Source: Callorhinchus milii
Lineage: Eukaryota
Direction of reading: 5' to 3'
Assembly (NCBI RefSeq): GCF_018977255.1
Contig: NW_024704742.1
Location: 133,426,001 to 133,490,000, forward strand
Length of the DNA stretch: 64,000 bases
The notes under the pieces: model-generated
What the model saw: only the letters and a program-made list of their open reading frames with translations
What the model was told of the DNA's origin: nothing
The model's database searches: none
Part shown: one piece after another, positions 35,797-50,752 of the stretch
Layout of the letters: the number at the start of each line of letters is the position of its first letter
Position numbering within the stretch: position 1 is the stretch's first letter
Program-made: the position numbers and the translations under genes

Positions 35797-38700
35797 ATAT
35801 TCCTGGCAGGGCAAAGTGTTGGGCAAATTTCCTAACTCTGTTTCCATAGCAGTAAGTAGGTTGTTAGTCGATTGGTGGATCGCTTTGCTGGGGATAATAA
35901 TTCCTTCAAAAATAATAATAATACTAAATTACTTCAATCCATGACTATTTGTGGCACACTGCTGTGCAGAATTGGCTGCTGCGTTTCACCCACAAAGCAT
36001 ACAGTGAATTCACTTTCCAGTATATTCTGTGAAGCGCTTTGAGACATCTCGAAGACATGAAAAGGCGATTTATCAAATGTAAGGATTATTATTATTAAGT
36101 AATGCCTAAGTTACTCGTGTCCTAGCTGTCCTGGCTCAGTTGGTAACATGCTTGTCTCTGAATCAAATGTTTTTGGGTTCAAGCTCAACACTCAGACTTG
36201 GAACTCATATAGTTCTGACACTGCTGCAGCAGTGATAAAGCTTTGCTGCTTTGTCAACTTGCCTTTTGGATGAGACATTAAACTGAGTCCAGTCTGCCTG
36301 ATCAGGTGGGTGTTAAAGATTACTTGGCACTATGTGAAAAGAGAAGAGAGTTTCACTTAGCGTCCTGGCCAACAATCCACCAAATAAAATTCTTCCCTCA
36401 TTGTTTGTGGGACACAGCTGTGCGCAAATTGGTTGGCAGATAGGCCCACAAAATATACAGTCACGTCACTTTGCAGTATATTCTGTGAAACACTTTGAGA
36501 CATCTCGACTGCATGATGAGCGCTTTATTAAAAGCAAGGATTATTATATTATTATGTAGGGAGAAGAAGGGGCCTAGTGTAATTGCCCAATTACTGCTTA
36601 TTGCTTTAACACCCAGAATCAATTAAAAGAGGGAAGAAACTTAAAGTTAGGAGAAAAACAAGTTGGGACAGAGATACGAGAAAGTGGCTTCTTGCAGAGA
36701 ACGATAAGACAAACAGTCGCCTCCACCTTACAGTATGTCATAGGAAGTGCTTTAGAACGTCCTCCTGACATGAAATCACACAGTCACTACACTTTACAGT
36801 ATATTCTGTGAAGCGCTTTGAGACGTCTTGACAATGTGATAAGGCGCTATAACAAATGTAAGGATTATTATTATGAAAGGTGCTATACCAAGTGTAAAGA
36901 TTATTATTATTGTTATTATAGTAAAAATGTGAAGTCCATGGTCCCAGAAAGCCATAGGTAGGAAATCTGCTGAGGGCTTTAAAAGAAAGATGGGTAGATA
37001 TCATACCAGAGGGAGAAAAAATCCATAGGGAGAAACTTTTACGTAGCATTTAGGTGCAACCACAATTTGGCAAATGTTTGAATTGCCTCTTAACTCTGAA
37101 GACCTGAAGGCAGTTTCCTGAAAGAAGTGTTCTTATTTTCCATTTAAAAATATGCCAAAAAAAAATAATGTTACAACTTACGCCAGAAAAAAAACATGGA
37201 ATCATCTTGCTTGGATCAATCAAATTGACCAGCCTTGGAACCTAATGGCAAGGGTTATGTAGAGGAAGAACTATTTTGGACAATAGCACAAATACACACC
37301 GTGAGTATTAAAGCTGTAGAAACCAGAGTCAGGGACCAATAACTTTGCCATTGATTTTTCTCAAAAGTATTCCACTCAGCTATTTCCAAATTTATGCTCT
37401 GCTAGAAATGTCTCAAGGCACCTTCAACTGCAGAAGGTACCTATTAGATTTCCTTTGCACCATGAAACATATCATTGATCCATAAGGAAACCTCTGGCCA
37501 GCCAAAGGCCACAGGTCGATTTTACTTTTAATTGGGATTACAGGAAACCTGAACTGTCTTCACAAAACAACATTGGTTTAAATATGCATGGGGTAATTTA
37601 ATGACAGATACCAGGAAATTTTGCTTTTCCCAGAGGGCATTTAATGACTGGAATAGGTTACATAATACATGGTTGAGGTCAGGTCACTGAGACTCATTGA
37701 AAAAACAGCTTGATGCTGTGCTGGGAGGATGATAGGATTCATATTCTCATTAGGATGAGATCAGAACGGTCCTTTGATTCTAATATTCACAGGATGACTT
37801 TCCACAAGATCACAAGAATGCTTTGGATGAATTAGAATGATTTAATCTCAAACGTCCAAAATGCCAAACCTACTGCCTTCCAATTATAGAATTTAGCCCG
37901 TTCAACAACAACAACAACAACAACTTGAATTTATACAACGCCTTCCACGCCGGACGGCGTCTCAGAGCTGAGTTGAGTCAGGGGGAGGGGGAGAAAGGTG
38001 ACCAAAGGAGCTGTCGATAAGAAAGGACTTCAGCCGAGACCTGAAAATAGGAAGAGAGGGGGCGAGGCGAAGGGCGTGAGGGAGTTCCAGAACCTCGGGG
38101 AGTAGTGGCTGAAGGCACGGCCCCCGAAGGTGGAGTGGAGGATTTAGGGGACAAGGAGGAGGCCAGACCCAGTGGAGCAAAGGCAACGGGCACTATTTAA
38201 CGCGTCTACGCTGTCCTCTATCTTCCTGCCTGGCGACCTCTTCTCACTGCTCATGAACCTCTGTGTAAAAGAATACTTCCTGGTGTCTGTCCTAAAATTG
38301 CCCTTTGCAACCCTGAACCTGTAGTGTCTTCTTGTCCTGTTTGCTATATCTGAAAGTACAGTTCTGGGTTTAATTTCTCCATTATCCAAAATGAGGCGCC
38401 ATAAATATAAGATAGCCACTAGCAGATCTAATAGAGGGTTTGAGAGGAACTTCACATTGCGCTGAGAGTATTGAGAATGATAATAATCCTTACATCTGAT
38501 ATAATAATAATAATATTCCTTGCACTTGATATAATACCTTATCACGTAGTTGAGAGTCTCAAAGCGTTTGATAGGATATACTGTAAAGTGTAGTGACTGT
38601 GTATTTTGTGGGCGAAACGCAGCAGATAATTTCACACAAGAATGTCCCACAAACAGTCGTGGATTGAGTGATCATTATGATTATTATTATATTTTGAAGG

Positions 38701-40259
38701 GATTATTACTTCCAGAAAGTGATCCGCCAATCAACTAACAAGTGGGTTCCTACTTAGAGTCCCTCTGCCTCACCTCCCCCCTTGCCTCCTTTAAGACCCA
38801 TCTCAAGATCCTCCTCTTCGACCGTGCCTTCAGTCACTCTTCTACCCCTACCTCCACCTCTCCTGATCCCAACCACTAGCTTCGCTGTGGATCCCTGACT
38901 GTCCAGCACCTTGGCATATCCTCTTGACTTGAAAGGCACTCTACAAATGTAATTTGTTGTTGTTTGTCTCACTGCGGGTTACATTGAGAGGTTACATAAG
39001 TTATGGCCTTACAGGCATGGGAGAGGTGAGAAAACCAGCCCAGGTCCTGGTGCCTCTAGAGCACCTTCTACTAGTATGTGTGGCAGCCAGGTGGGGGGAG
39101 GACAGACTCGAGTGTGATACTTTCTACGGTCGAGAGGCCTGCAGATATATTGCTATATTTTCTCTATATATTTGGACATTGTATTTTGTATATTTCAGAT
39201 ATAGCAACGTGTATACATATTTCAAAAAAACGGCATAGGTGCGATGGGCCGAATGGCCTCCTTCTGTGCTTTAAGATTCTATGATTCTATACGTGCAACA
39301 ATAATCACTGGTCACAGAGGAGATTAGAAATACAGGGACATTTGTCAATGGGTTGAAAGTTAGAAAATAATTGAACACATTAATAAATGATTCCTCTCTT
39401 GTTACAGACAACAAGAGTCTGGTTTTGTAGAAAATCAAAACATATTTAATTTGGCAAGCTCATGCTTAAACAGTAGTAGAATTGTCAAGTGAGGCTCACT
39501 CAATTACACAGTTATAGCTACTCTGCAAATATAATGTTATTATTTGCATGGTTACATGATAAATGTAGGAAATGCGTATTTGGTAAGCGAACATGGCAAC
39601 CAATTTGCTCATAGCAATGTCCCACAAACAGCCATGAAGTGAATGACCAATTTTATTTGGGGTTGTTATTACCAGGACACTGGGGGAGAAAATCCCTTCT
39701 CTTCCAAATCGTGCCATGGGATCTTTAACATCCACCTGAAGAGACAGACAGGACTTCAGTTTAACATCTCAGTTTAACAAAGCACGACACCTCTATCAAT
39801 GCAGTGTTCCCTTTCCCCGCTCTGCAGCACTGCACCGGAGTGTCATGTACTCAAAGTCCTGATGTTAATTGTTTTTATTGGGTTAAGTCGTCAATAAAAG
39901 AAATTTGGAAGCAATGTTTGAAAAGACCCACAAATCTTTACATTTTCAATTTGCCTGAACATCAGCTCAGTGAAGAATTCGATACTTAATTAGCGACCTA
40001 TGGACATTAACCCAGACTTTCTTAAACAGCTTCTACCCTAGTGTTCAGTTATTCTATTTGGTGTCACAAAACTCCCCTTTCATGCTTTCAATTGTAATTA
40101 GGGTAATTTAAATAGGTTTGCAATCATTGGGTTGGAGAAGTGTTTCGGGAAGAGTTGAAATTGAGTGCTGCAGTGGGATTTCTATACTCATTCTCACATT
40201 TGATGCAGTGTCTTTAACCTCAGAACTCTTCACATGTAATTTCTGTCAAGTGCTATCAA

Positions 40260-40625
40260 GTGGAGTCCTGTAGCGTATTGGTTAGAGCACTCACTTCACA
40301 AGCGAGAGAACCTGGGTTTGATTCCCAGGCAAAGCAAAACCACAGGCAAGTTCCTTACTCCACACGCCTCTGGTTACCTATCAGTAAGTAGGAACCCCGT
40401 TGTTAGTTGATTGGCGGATCACTTTCCGGGGGCAATAATCCCTTCAAAAAATAATAATAATAATTTGGTCACTCAATTCACAACTCTTTGTGGGACACTG
40501 CTGTGCACAACTGGCTGCTGTGTTTCGCCTACAAAATATATAGTCAATTCACTTCTCAGTGTATTCTGTGATGTTACGTTTTAACAAGGGATTAAAGCGC
40601 TTTGTCAAATGGAAGGATTAATATT
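40260..40625 (+). mobile_element. tRNA-Ala-derived SINE, long form
   Basis: gtggagtcctgtagc head, internal tacctatcagtaagtaggaacc segment, Deu-like core. Confidence 0.85.
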
Positions 40626-40628
40626 TTT

Positions 40629-40700
40629 ATTAAGCAATGTTACTGAGTGTTTTGAAGTCAATGGTTCAGAACTACAAAACACTCAGTAACATTGCTTAAT
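40629..40700. repeat. Perfect 26-bp inverted repeat with 20-nt spacer
   Basis: attaagcaatgttactgagtgttttg (40629-40654) is the exact reverse complement of caaaacactcagtaacattgcttaat (40675-40700). Confidence 0.95.
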
Positions 40701-41409
40701 GGTTAATGAACCAGAATGGTTCCCAATCAATAGATGTCAGTCTGGCTCAGTTAGCAGCACTCTCACCTCACTTCTGAGTCAGAAGGTTGTGGATTCAAGC
40801 TCCCCGTTGGGACTGAACTCCCACAGTCCAGGCTGAAACTGCAATTCAGTGCTGGGAGTCATTGATGCTGTCCTTTGGATGGGATGTGAAACCAAAGTCC
40901 CATCTGGCACTGTTCAAAAATAGAAGGGAGTTTCTTCCAGTGACCTGGTCACCAATCTCATAGATAAAATCGACCATTCACTGCATAGCTGTTTGTGATA
41001 CGTTGCTGAGTGCTAATGACTGCCGCGTTCACCTGCAAAATACAAAGACACTGACACTTTGAGCTGTCTTGATGTGAAAGGTGCGACATCAAATGCAAGG
41101 ATTATTATTCTTTTATCGAATCACACATTCCACCACGGAAATATATTACACAATAAAAATCATTTTGGTTCCTGCTGAGTGGACACTCCAAATCAAATTC
41201 CATATTCTATGTAGCAGTCAGCTATCTTTGCATTGATCCACAATACGAGCTTCTTTGCTTGAAAGAGCTCGATAATTACATTTAGATTTATTTCGGAACA
41301 TATCAGACTGTTATCCTGCCAGAAGTCTGAACAAAGAAGTTAGGAATGAAAAATGTAGAGATTTGTGTCAGGGTGGAAATCATTGCATTTTAGACTTATT
41401 CATATGTTA

Positions 41410-41830
41410 GATGTCAGCTCGGCTCAGTTGGTAGCACTCTCACCTCTGAGTCAGAAGGTTGTGGGTTAAAGCCCCACTTCAGGACTTTGAACTCACGGTC
41501 CAGGTTGGCACTTCAAAACAGTGTTGGGGGTAAACCTGTATTGTCAGAGGTGCCACCCTTCAGGTGAGACGTTAAACCAAGGTTCCATCCACCTGCTTAG
41601 GTTTACGTTAACGTTCCCATGACACTATGAAAAGAAAAGGGAGTTTCTCCCAATGTCCTGGCCAACAATGCTCCAGATAAAATTGATCATTGGCTTGGCT
41701 GTTTGTGGAACGTTGCTGTGCACAAATTCACTGCCAAGTTCTCCAATATTACATTGTCTTTCCAGTTGAGAGTAGAAATCCTGTGAAGCACTTTGAGACA
41801 TTCTCCCGGTGTGAAAGGCATTTTACAGTA
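41410..41830 (+). mobile_element. Older Deu-domain SINE (SacSINE1/AmnSINE1-like); further copies ~11170-11520, 14315-14750, 36120-36550, 40735-41110, 46478-46692 (-), 54290-54530
   Basis: Head ggctcagttggtagcactctcacctctgagtcagaaggttgtggg; body gatgagacgttaaaccgagg...aaagatccc; Deu core gctgtttgtgg..ttgctgtgcacaaatt. Family name is from recollection, not a search. Confidence 0.75.
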
Positions 41831-43489
41831 TATCTTGTGAAGTGCTTTGTGAAGTCCACTTGATACGAAAGGCACAATGCAAAATTTGAAAATTTTACGC
41901 AGTTTTTCCTTTTTTTTTACTCCCTAACCCCAGCTTGGGTCTGGAATGCTGTACGCTGTCCATTGCCTGGGACGTCCTTGTTTTACACAGTTATACCAGC
42001 CAGGGTGAATTATGCAGCACCAATCAATTCCCAACAAGTGACTACTCTACCTTGAAGCCTGTCTTCCTTCCATTTCTCAGCCTTGTGTAAAGCAGAATAT
42101 CTAAGCACATGTTCGAACACAAATTGGAAAATTTCCAGACAAAAGCAGTGTGCATGCGAATGGCTAATTCAATTCTGGGAGATTGCCAAAGCGCTCATCA
42201 AAGGGAGAGGGAAGAAAGGTATCATTTGTTTTAGTGCCAGAAAAAAACCTCTGAAAGGATGGTTTTTGTTTGCCAAGAATGTCTGGAGGAGAACACTAAA
42301 AGCATTTGTCATTCGCATCCCGTTTTTCAATTATCCTGCAGTTGATCCGACTCCATCAAACCCCTTTCTATATTCTCTTACAGAATTGTTGGACCAGAGT
42401 TGTGCCTAGTGACAAATTGCTGTTTAGTCCAAAACAGAGTTTAAGAGGAAATAGGGTAAACACTTGTGAGATTGGATAAACACTTGCGAAAAAAAATATT
42501 AAAGGGCATGGAGGAGTAACAGGTGAATGGGATCAGAGATGATAGTTCCAGTGTGGGAGCCGGAAATCGACTGGCCTTGATTGGTCTGCTGCAAACTTTC
42601 TCTTTATTTAACCTGTCCAAATGTTCCTAGCTTATGAAATCTTCCATTAGATTGCAACAACTTGCACTTGTACAATATGATATAAATTGATATTTATACA
42701 GCACCTTTCACACCACATTGCAAAGCGCTTGACACTGTATGGCTGGGCACCAAAGCTAGGGCTGGAAGCTGAGGGAGGTGACCAAAGCAGCTGTCAAAGT
42801 GATAGGTTTTCAAGCAGGATTTGAAAACAAGGGCTGTATGTGCATAACGGACGGATCGAGGGAGGGAGTTCCAAAAGTTAGGCACATACAGTTGAGAAGC
42901 TAGGCCACAGGTGGTGGCTCGGTGGGAGTCATGCAAGTTCCCCCTCCACCAACTTTGTGCTTGTATTGTGAGTGCAAGGGCCACAAGGTTTGGCCTTGCG
43001 GGTTGTCTGTTGATCAGACTGAGCGGATTTAGATGCTGTGAGCCATCTGCCACAGCATCTAAATCCAAGCTGCACAGCTTGGGAAGGCTGGCATAAATAT
43101 CTTAACAATATTAAAAGGGGCACCTCGGGAATACTTCCCTCAATGAGAAAGTGGAACGTGGTTTGCCCTGTCAAAAAATACAGTCATTCTACTTTTTTAT
43201 ATATGTATATATCTCCTGTGAAGTGCTTTTGGATGTAATGTGAAAGGTACTATATCAAATGCAAGGATTATTATAATACTACAAATATAATATAATAATC
43301 CTTGCATTTGATATAGCATCTTTTCACATCACCGAGTGCTTCACAGGAAGGACAGTGGTTTTGATTACATTTTGTGGGCAAAATGCCTCAGCCAGTTTGC
43401 ATACAGCAATGTCCTGGAAACAGCCATGGAGTGATTGACCAATTTTATTTTGGTGAGATTGTTGGCCAGGACATCAAGGAGAAACTCCC

Positions 43490-46472
43490 TACTCCCTACT
43501 CCCGCCCCCCTCTATGTCTCTTCTCCCACCCCCTTCTATCCGCTACTCCCGCTCTGTCCTTCTCTCCCACTGCCCTCCCTGCCTTCTCTCTCCTCCTCGA
43601 TCCCATCACCACTTCCCTCTGCTCCAGCCTGGGCATCCTCCGCTGGGCCCATCGTGGCTCCCGGCACTGGCTGTCACAGAGCAGCAACCCCACGTGTCCA
43701 ACCATTCACTCCCTCCACTCAAACCGCCTCCTTAAGGCAAACCTAATTCCCCCTTTCCTCATAAGTACCCTTCCCAATTCTACACTCACACCACTCTCCA
43801 CAACCATCTCTCCTGTACAACCCAAAATTCTTTCCGCACCACTCTCTCCTCCCTCCCCTCCCTCCAGCAAACCCACCCACATTTCCCTCCAAAATGTCCT
43901 TTCCCTCCCCAACGAAACCCTCAACATCCACGATCTCATCCTGGTGACATTCTTGGGCTCACCGAAACCTGGCTCTCCCCAATGACCCCGTTCCCCTAGT
44001 GGAAGCCTCCCCTCCAGGCTACACCTTCCACCACACCCCCCGTCCAAACCAACATGGCGGCAGGGTGGCCTTCATTTCCAAAGCTTCCCTTGGTCTCACC
44101 CCCTACTCCTCTGTCTGCTTCCCCTCCTTTGAGCACCTCACCCTCTTCCACCCCTCTCTCCCAATGAAAATCCGCCTTGTCTACTGCGCTGCCTAAGCCC
44201 CCCCGGCTCATTCCACACAGACATCTCTACTCTCCTCTCTTCTCTGTCCCTCTGCTCATAATGGGCGATTTCAACCTCCACCTAAACTCCCCTTGCACTA
44301 CTTCTGCAGGTTTCACTGCCCTCCTCTCCTCCCTAAACCTTACCCTTCATATAAATTCACCTACCCACAACTGTGGTCATGCCCTTGAACTCGTTATCAC
44401 CCGCGGCCTTGACATTTCGGAACTCAGCATAGTTGACAAGGCATCTCGGACCTCTTTTTCATCTCCTTCTCCTCTCACATCCCTCTCTCCTCCACCAAGC
44501 CCTCAACTATCCTCTACCACCCTTGGAAAAGGCTACCCCCTGAGACCCTCATAAAGGCTCTTTCATCATCAAACATCCTGTCCCTCTGGCTTTCCACCCG
44601 CGGAGATCCTAAAACAGCCATCCAGCTGCTCCATGATCGCCTCTCCTCCACCTTCAACTCCCTCATCCCCCTGAAATCCAGGACCATCTCCAAACCCCCA
44701 GTACAACAACTATCTCCGCCGGCAAAAAAAACAAACCCGTCTACTTGAGCACAGATGGCGGAAAACTGGCCTGACAGTTCACCTCCAACTGTGGCTCGAG
44801 CATCTCCACAGCTACCGCCGTTCTTTGACATGCGCAAAAGTGGCCTTCTACTTCAACATCATCTTGGAGGCTAAACACAACCCCAAAATCCTTTTGTCCA
44901 TCACCCACTACCTCCTCCGTGCCCCCCCTCAGGCCTCCTCAATCTTCATATCAAATGTCAAGTGCGAGGAGGTCATGGACTTCTTTTCATCTAAAATACT
45001 TAACATCCGCCAGGCAGCCTCATCCACCTGCACCTTGTCACCCACCACCACACCCTCTCTGTCCCCCTTACCCTCCTCATCATCTGCTCCTACCGCCAGC
45101 CCCATCCTACATTCCTTCATCGCCATCTCTCCCCACTCCCTCTCACCCACCATCACCTCCATGAAATCCACCACCTGCTGCCTCGACCTCCTCCCCACCA
45201 ACTTACTGGTCACCCAGTTCCCCCTCCTCTGCCCACTACTGGTTCACATCATCAACCAGTCCCTGCCTCCCTCAAAACTGCTGTCATCATGCCCCTCCTG
45301 AAAAAAACCCTCCCTAGATCCCTCAAACCCCAGCCACTACCGCCCTATTTCTAACCTGCCCTTCCTCTTAAAAGTTCTAGAACTCGTTCTTGCCAACCAA
45401 CTTCACACACACATTTCCTCCCATTCCCTCTTCGAACCACTCCAGTCTGGTTTCCGCCCTGCCTACAGTACAGAGACTGCACTTGTGAAAGTCACAAACA
45501 ACATCCTCTCTCTCTCTGTGACCAAGGCTCCCTCTGCCTTCTTGTCCTCCTGGAACTCTCCACCGCGTTCGACACAGTCGATCACGCCATCCTCCTCCAC
45601 CACCTTTCCTCCGACATCCACCTCAGTGGGACCGCGCTCGCCTGGTTCGAGTCCTACCAAAAGAACGTTGACAAGACGGAAGCCATACTCTTTGGCTCTC
45701 ATCAACGTCTAAAATCTCACGGCTCTCACCTCCTCCACCTAGCCGACCTCCCACTTACACTCTCTGAACCCATATGCAACCTAGGCACCAGGTTCGACCC
45801 CCAATTATCCTTCCTCCCCCACATCCGGTCCCTCACCAGCACCGCTTTCTTCCACTTACGACGCATCGCCCGTCTCTGCCAATACCTCTCCGCTGAAACC
45901 CTGGTCCATGTTTTTGTCACTTCTCAGCTGGACTACTCCAATGCCCTCCTTGCCGCCCTCGCCTCCACCACCATCCATAAAATCCAAATCATTCAAAACT
46001 CTGCCGCCCGCATTCTCACCCGCACCGAACTCTGCTCCCCGATCACCCCAGTCCCTGCCAGACTGCACTGGCTGCCTATCCGAGAGAGGATCAACTTCAA
46101 GATCCTCACCCTTGTTTTCAAGTCCCTGCACTCCTCTGTACCCCCTACCTCTCTGACCTCCTCTCTCCTCAAAAGTACCCATTGCCTTCGTTCCTCCGGG
46201 TCTGGCCTCCTCCTCATCCCCCGAGTCCTCCATTCCACCCTCGGTGGCCGTGCCTTCAGCCACTATGCCCCGAGGCTCTGGAACTCCCTTCCTCACTCCC
46301 TTTGTCTCGCTCCCTCCCTTCCTATTTTCAGGTCTCTGCTGAAGACCTTTTTTTCAACCGCGCCTTTGGTCAGCTTCCATCCCCTCCCCCTGGATGGTCT
46401 CGGGATCCTGTGAAGCGCTCTGAGATGCAGTCCGGCGTGGAGGGTGCTGTATAAATCCAAGTTGTTGTTGTT
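43490..46472 (+). mobile_element. Degenerate near-full-length L2-clade LINE (APE endonuclease plus partial RT)
   Basis: Frameshifted motifs LQNV, GLTETW, MGDFNLH, SPTHNCGHAL, YRPISNLPFL, QSGFR, AFDTVDH, LHWLP; 3' stem-loop and (TTG)n tail. The central RT part (YADD) appears deleted near 45660-45720. Confidence 0.9.
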
Positions 46473-48692
46473 GTAAATAGTGCCATGGGGTGTTCAGTGT
46501 GCACCCAAACAGGCAGACGGGATCTCGGTTTAACATCTCATCCAAAGGACCGCACCTCGAACAATGCAGCCCATTACCAGATCTGCATTGGAGTGTCATC
46601 TTAGACGAATTGACTCCAAGCCCGATTTGGGGATTGAACCAACAACCTTCTATCTCAGAGGCGAGAGTGCTACCACTGAGCCAGGCTGACATGCATTATA
46701 GCGTAGCAAGGGACCATGACAAGTCACACCAGTGAAAAAACAGAATTTTGAAGTGTTTAATCATATGGCAAGAGGAATATACAAGGGCTAAAATGCCCAC
46801 TGTGACTGTTTTAGCTCCTGTACATTCTCTCATCTGATGACCTGGCTCAGTCTGGCTCAGTTAGTAGCACCCTTGCCTCCGAATCAGAAAGTGGTGGGTT
46901 CAAGTACCATGTTAGGCTGACACTTAGCCTGTTCCTGAACACAACAATAATCTCCAATGATTTGCTTTTATATAGCGCCCTTCACGTAGGGAGGATAACC
47001 CAAGGTGCTGTCCTGGCTTGGGCTCGAGGTGGGAGTGGGAGCCAAATGGTTTGAGGAGGGGAAGGATGACCAGTGCATCAGATAATAGATGCTGTCAAAA
47101 TCCAAAGCACCACCTTAATAGCTACTGAAAGCACGTTGATATTTCTCGGTGGTTTCCGGTCTCACTAGATTCACCTTTCTTGTAGATAGACACATCAGTT
47201 ATACTCTGGAACACTGACGGTGTCAATCAAACAGAATCCCATCGTCCAGCCTTAGCCGGCCAGCTCCTGGGCAGCTTGATGGTTCCTGGCACTGATCTCT
47301 AAGACCTAAGATCCTTAACGGCCACCTGAACAGCTTTAATGCCTCATCCAAAGGCCGGGACCTATGGCAACACAGTGCTCTTCCAGCACCGAACTGAGTG
47401 TCAGCCTAGACTACAACAACAACTTGCGTTATTCATCAACAACAACAACTTCATGCAGGGTAGGGTCCCAGAGCGCTTGACAGTGGCAGAGCACGACGCT
47501 GAGCCGGGGGGAGTGGGAGGTGACCGTAGGCACGGACGAATAGGAAGGTCTTAAGGTACGATTTGAAGATGGGCAAAGAAGGGGCAAGGCAGAGGGATAG
47601 AGGAAGAGTGTTCCAGTGTTTTGGGGTGTAGCAGCTGAAAGCACAACCCTAGACTATTGGTTCAACCCCCACTCCCCAACACGCGGGGGTCTGCATTTTG
47701 CTTTAATTGTGGTATTCTGCTTTCTCAGGGTATCCACCCAGATGCTTGAGCAACTGCCTGCTGTGAATTATAGCTGGCAGCACACCGTGATTGAATGCGC
47801 CGTAACTTACAGGAAAGGATTCTGCTCACATCACCAGGTTGTAAAATGGATGCATTGACTGTGTAAATGTGTGAAACATAGCTCTCAGAACCCAGGATAA
47901 AACAAAAACGAGTCTTATTATGTGAGCGCTGATCCTTGTGTAAATCGGCCATTTCAGGCCGAGGGCATGAGCAATAATCTGCTTCTCTTTCAATCTTTGC
48001 TCACGTACTCCTTCCTGGATTTGCTTCCACTGAAATTCCAATTAAATCTGTTTTCTGGAACATGGGCTGTAACTAAGCACAAGCTGTTATTATGTCAAGG
48101 CACTATTCGCTATTTTAGTGGTAATCTCTTCGGTCCAGTGTCAGGATTAATTAAAGTTTACGAGTCAACAGCATTCAAGCAGAGCGAGGTGAACAATAAT
48201 AAATAAAATCTTTGCACATCATACAGCGCCTTTAATTTGATAAAATTGCAGATTAAATTTGCCATTCACTTCAAGGTTGTTTGTGGAACTCTGCTGTGTG
48301 CAATTTGCCTGCCACACTTCACCCTCAAACATACTGTGAAGCGCTTTGAGATAAATGTCCTCCTGACTTCAAAAGCGCTATATCAAATGTTTAATACATT
48401 TTTCTGATGCACCAAGTGATCATTTGAGTTTATATTAGAGAATTAATGAAATTGTTTCAGTTTACTATTGTAAAAATGAAAACAAGAGCACAATAGTTTG
48501 ATAATAATTGTTATTTTAAGCGCTCTGAGAGGCTACCCTGCATAGAGGGCGCTATATAAGTGCAAGTTGTTGTTATTGTTGTACTTGATGCCAAGTTCAG
48601 TTCTGGGCTCCACACTTCAGGAAGGATGTCAAGAGGGTACAAAGGAGATTTACCAGGATGGTCCCAGGAATGAGGGACTTCAGTTATTAGGA

Positions 48693-50030
48693 GCGGAGGG
48701 ACCAAGCAGGATGGTGGAAGTTAGGAGGTCGCAGAAGTAGGGAAGAGCAAAACTACGGAGGGTTTTGAAGGTGAGGACCAGGACCTTGAACTCTGTTCTC
48801 TGTGTGATGAGAAGACAGTAGAGTCGGGCAAGTATGGGGGTGTTAGGGGCACAGGGCCTGATGCAGCAAAAGACACGGGGTACAGAGTTCTGGATGATCT
48901 GCAGCCTATCGAGGGAGGAGTTGGGGAGGCCAACAAGCAAGAAGTTTGCCTTGATGTAATGAAGCCTTGATGTAATGAAAGCCTTGATGTAATGAAAGCG
49001 TGTATGAGGGTTTCGGCGGCCTGTGGTTTGAGACAGTAACAGAGCCGGGCAATGTTGCGGAGGCGGGGGAAGGCAGAACGGGTCATGGCCCAGATGTGTA
49101 GTAGAAAGGATAGTTGAGGGTCAAACAAAATGCCAAGGTTTGCAAACTGGCTTAGCAAGGTGGAAGGTGCAACCATGGATGGTGATGCTGTTAGGGGCTG
49201 AGGTGTGGAGACACTGACACTGGGAGCCAATTTGGAGAGCCTGGGTCTTGTTGATGTTGAAGAAAGTTAGCTCTCATCCAACGCCTGATGTCTGACAGAT
49301 ATTCTGTCAGGACAGCAGTGATCCTGGATTCAAGAGTGAAGGCAGAGAGGTACAGTTGGGTGTCATCCGCATATATATGGAAGTTGACCCCACGTCTATG
49401 GATAATGTCACTAAGAGAGAGCATATATATATTGAAGAATAGGGGACTAAGGACAGAACCCTGAGGAACGCTGCATGAGATGGTGCAAGGTCTAGAGGAA
49501 AAAACGTTTGTGGAGATGAAGTGGAGGCAGTTTGAGAAGTATGATCTGAACTAGTCAAGGACTGAGCCGTGAAGGTTGAGGTGAGAAGAGAGGCGGTGGA
49601 TGAGGATAGAGTGGTCGACAGTGTCAAAGCAGAGAGGTCAAGGAAGACGAGGAGGCAGAGGGAGCCCTGGTCTCAGATGGACAGAATATCATTTAGTCCC
49701 TTTGACCAGGACTGTTTCTATCATGAAACCTGATTGGAGAGATTCGTGAAGGGAGTGGTGGGAGAGGAAGGAGTAAAGCTGGGAAGGAACAACTCGTTCT
49801 AGGACCTTGGAGAGGAAAGGGAGGTTGGAGATGGGACGGTAGTTTGAAAGTAGAGATGGGTCCAGGGAGGAGTTTTTAGGGATAGGAGTGCTGATGGCCA
49901 TTTTTAATGGGATAGGAGCAGTACCACAGCGAGAGGTTTATGATGTCTGTGAGTAGAGGGGCAAGGAGGTCGAGCTGGGAGGTAAGCAAAGGTTAGGGAT
50001 AGGGTCGAGGGAGAAGGTGGTCTGTTTCAA
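48693..50030 (-). mobile_element. L2 LINE reverse transcriptase fragment
   Basis: ORF remnants NYRPISNLPFLSKVLE, FHIYADDTQLYLS, LRNIARL. Confidence 0.9.
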
Positions 50031-50752
50031 ATAGCCGTGAAGTTTCATTCTTTCCATATCACATTTGCAAACCATCATATATAAATCTATTAGACTGTGC
50101 GAAAACAAAAATAAAACTAGACAGAATTACAATTGAATTACGTTAACCATTTAGACTATCCAGGATCTTTTGTGTGCTACTTGCACACCACGTAGTAATT
50201 AGATGTGTAAAATACACAATCAATCCAATTCACAGTATATTCTGTGAAGCACTTTGAGACGTCTCAATGAAGTGATAAGACGCTATATCAAATGGAAGTA
50301 TTATTTTTATCCTCAAAGCACATCATTAGAAGGATGCAGATCAATTCACTGCCAATCTTGCCTTTGAAGCAATGATGTCCCAAGATGAAAACTCACTCCA
50401 ACTTGGAACCAAAGTTACTTTGATTCCTGCCTCTACCTTGTTTACAATGATCCTCCATGTCTTTTAGTTCAAAGAAAGGAAGAACTTGCAATTAAATCTG
50501 AGCAATAATGTGATGAGGTAATTTTGGGGAGGTTGCATCATTTTCTTGGTTTTGTTATTGATTACAATACTAATGAACTATTTGCCTCAACGAGCAGCAT
50601 CTGTACTGAATAATCTTTGTAACAAAATCTTGCCACGAACCTCATTATTTCAACCAGACTGGCGTGCGTTAAGTAATTCTGTTTGATCTGTCAAAGGTTT
50701 TAATGCTATACATTTTGGCGTGAATCAAACCATTTGCAAACTGCAAACAGTT

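Noticed and set aside
43374..46454. Intact autonomous LINE
   Set aside because: Multiple frameshifts and stops, and the catalytic YADD region is missing.
48948..48997. Three 16-17-bp direct repeats resembling a CRISPR-like array
   Set aside because: No spacers; a slippage triplication inside an L2 RT remnant in a eukaryote.
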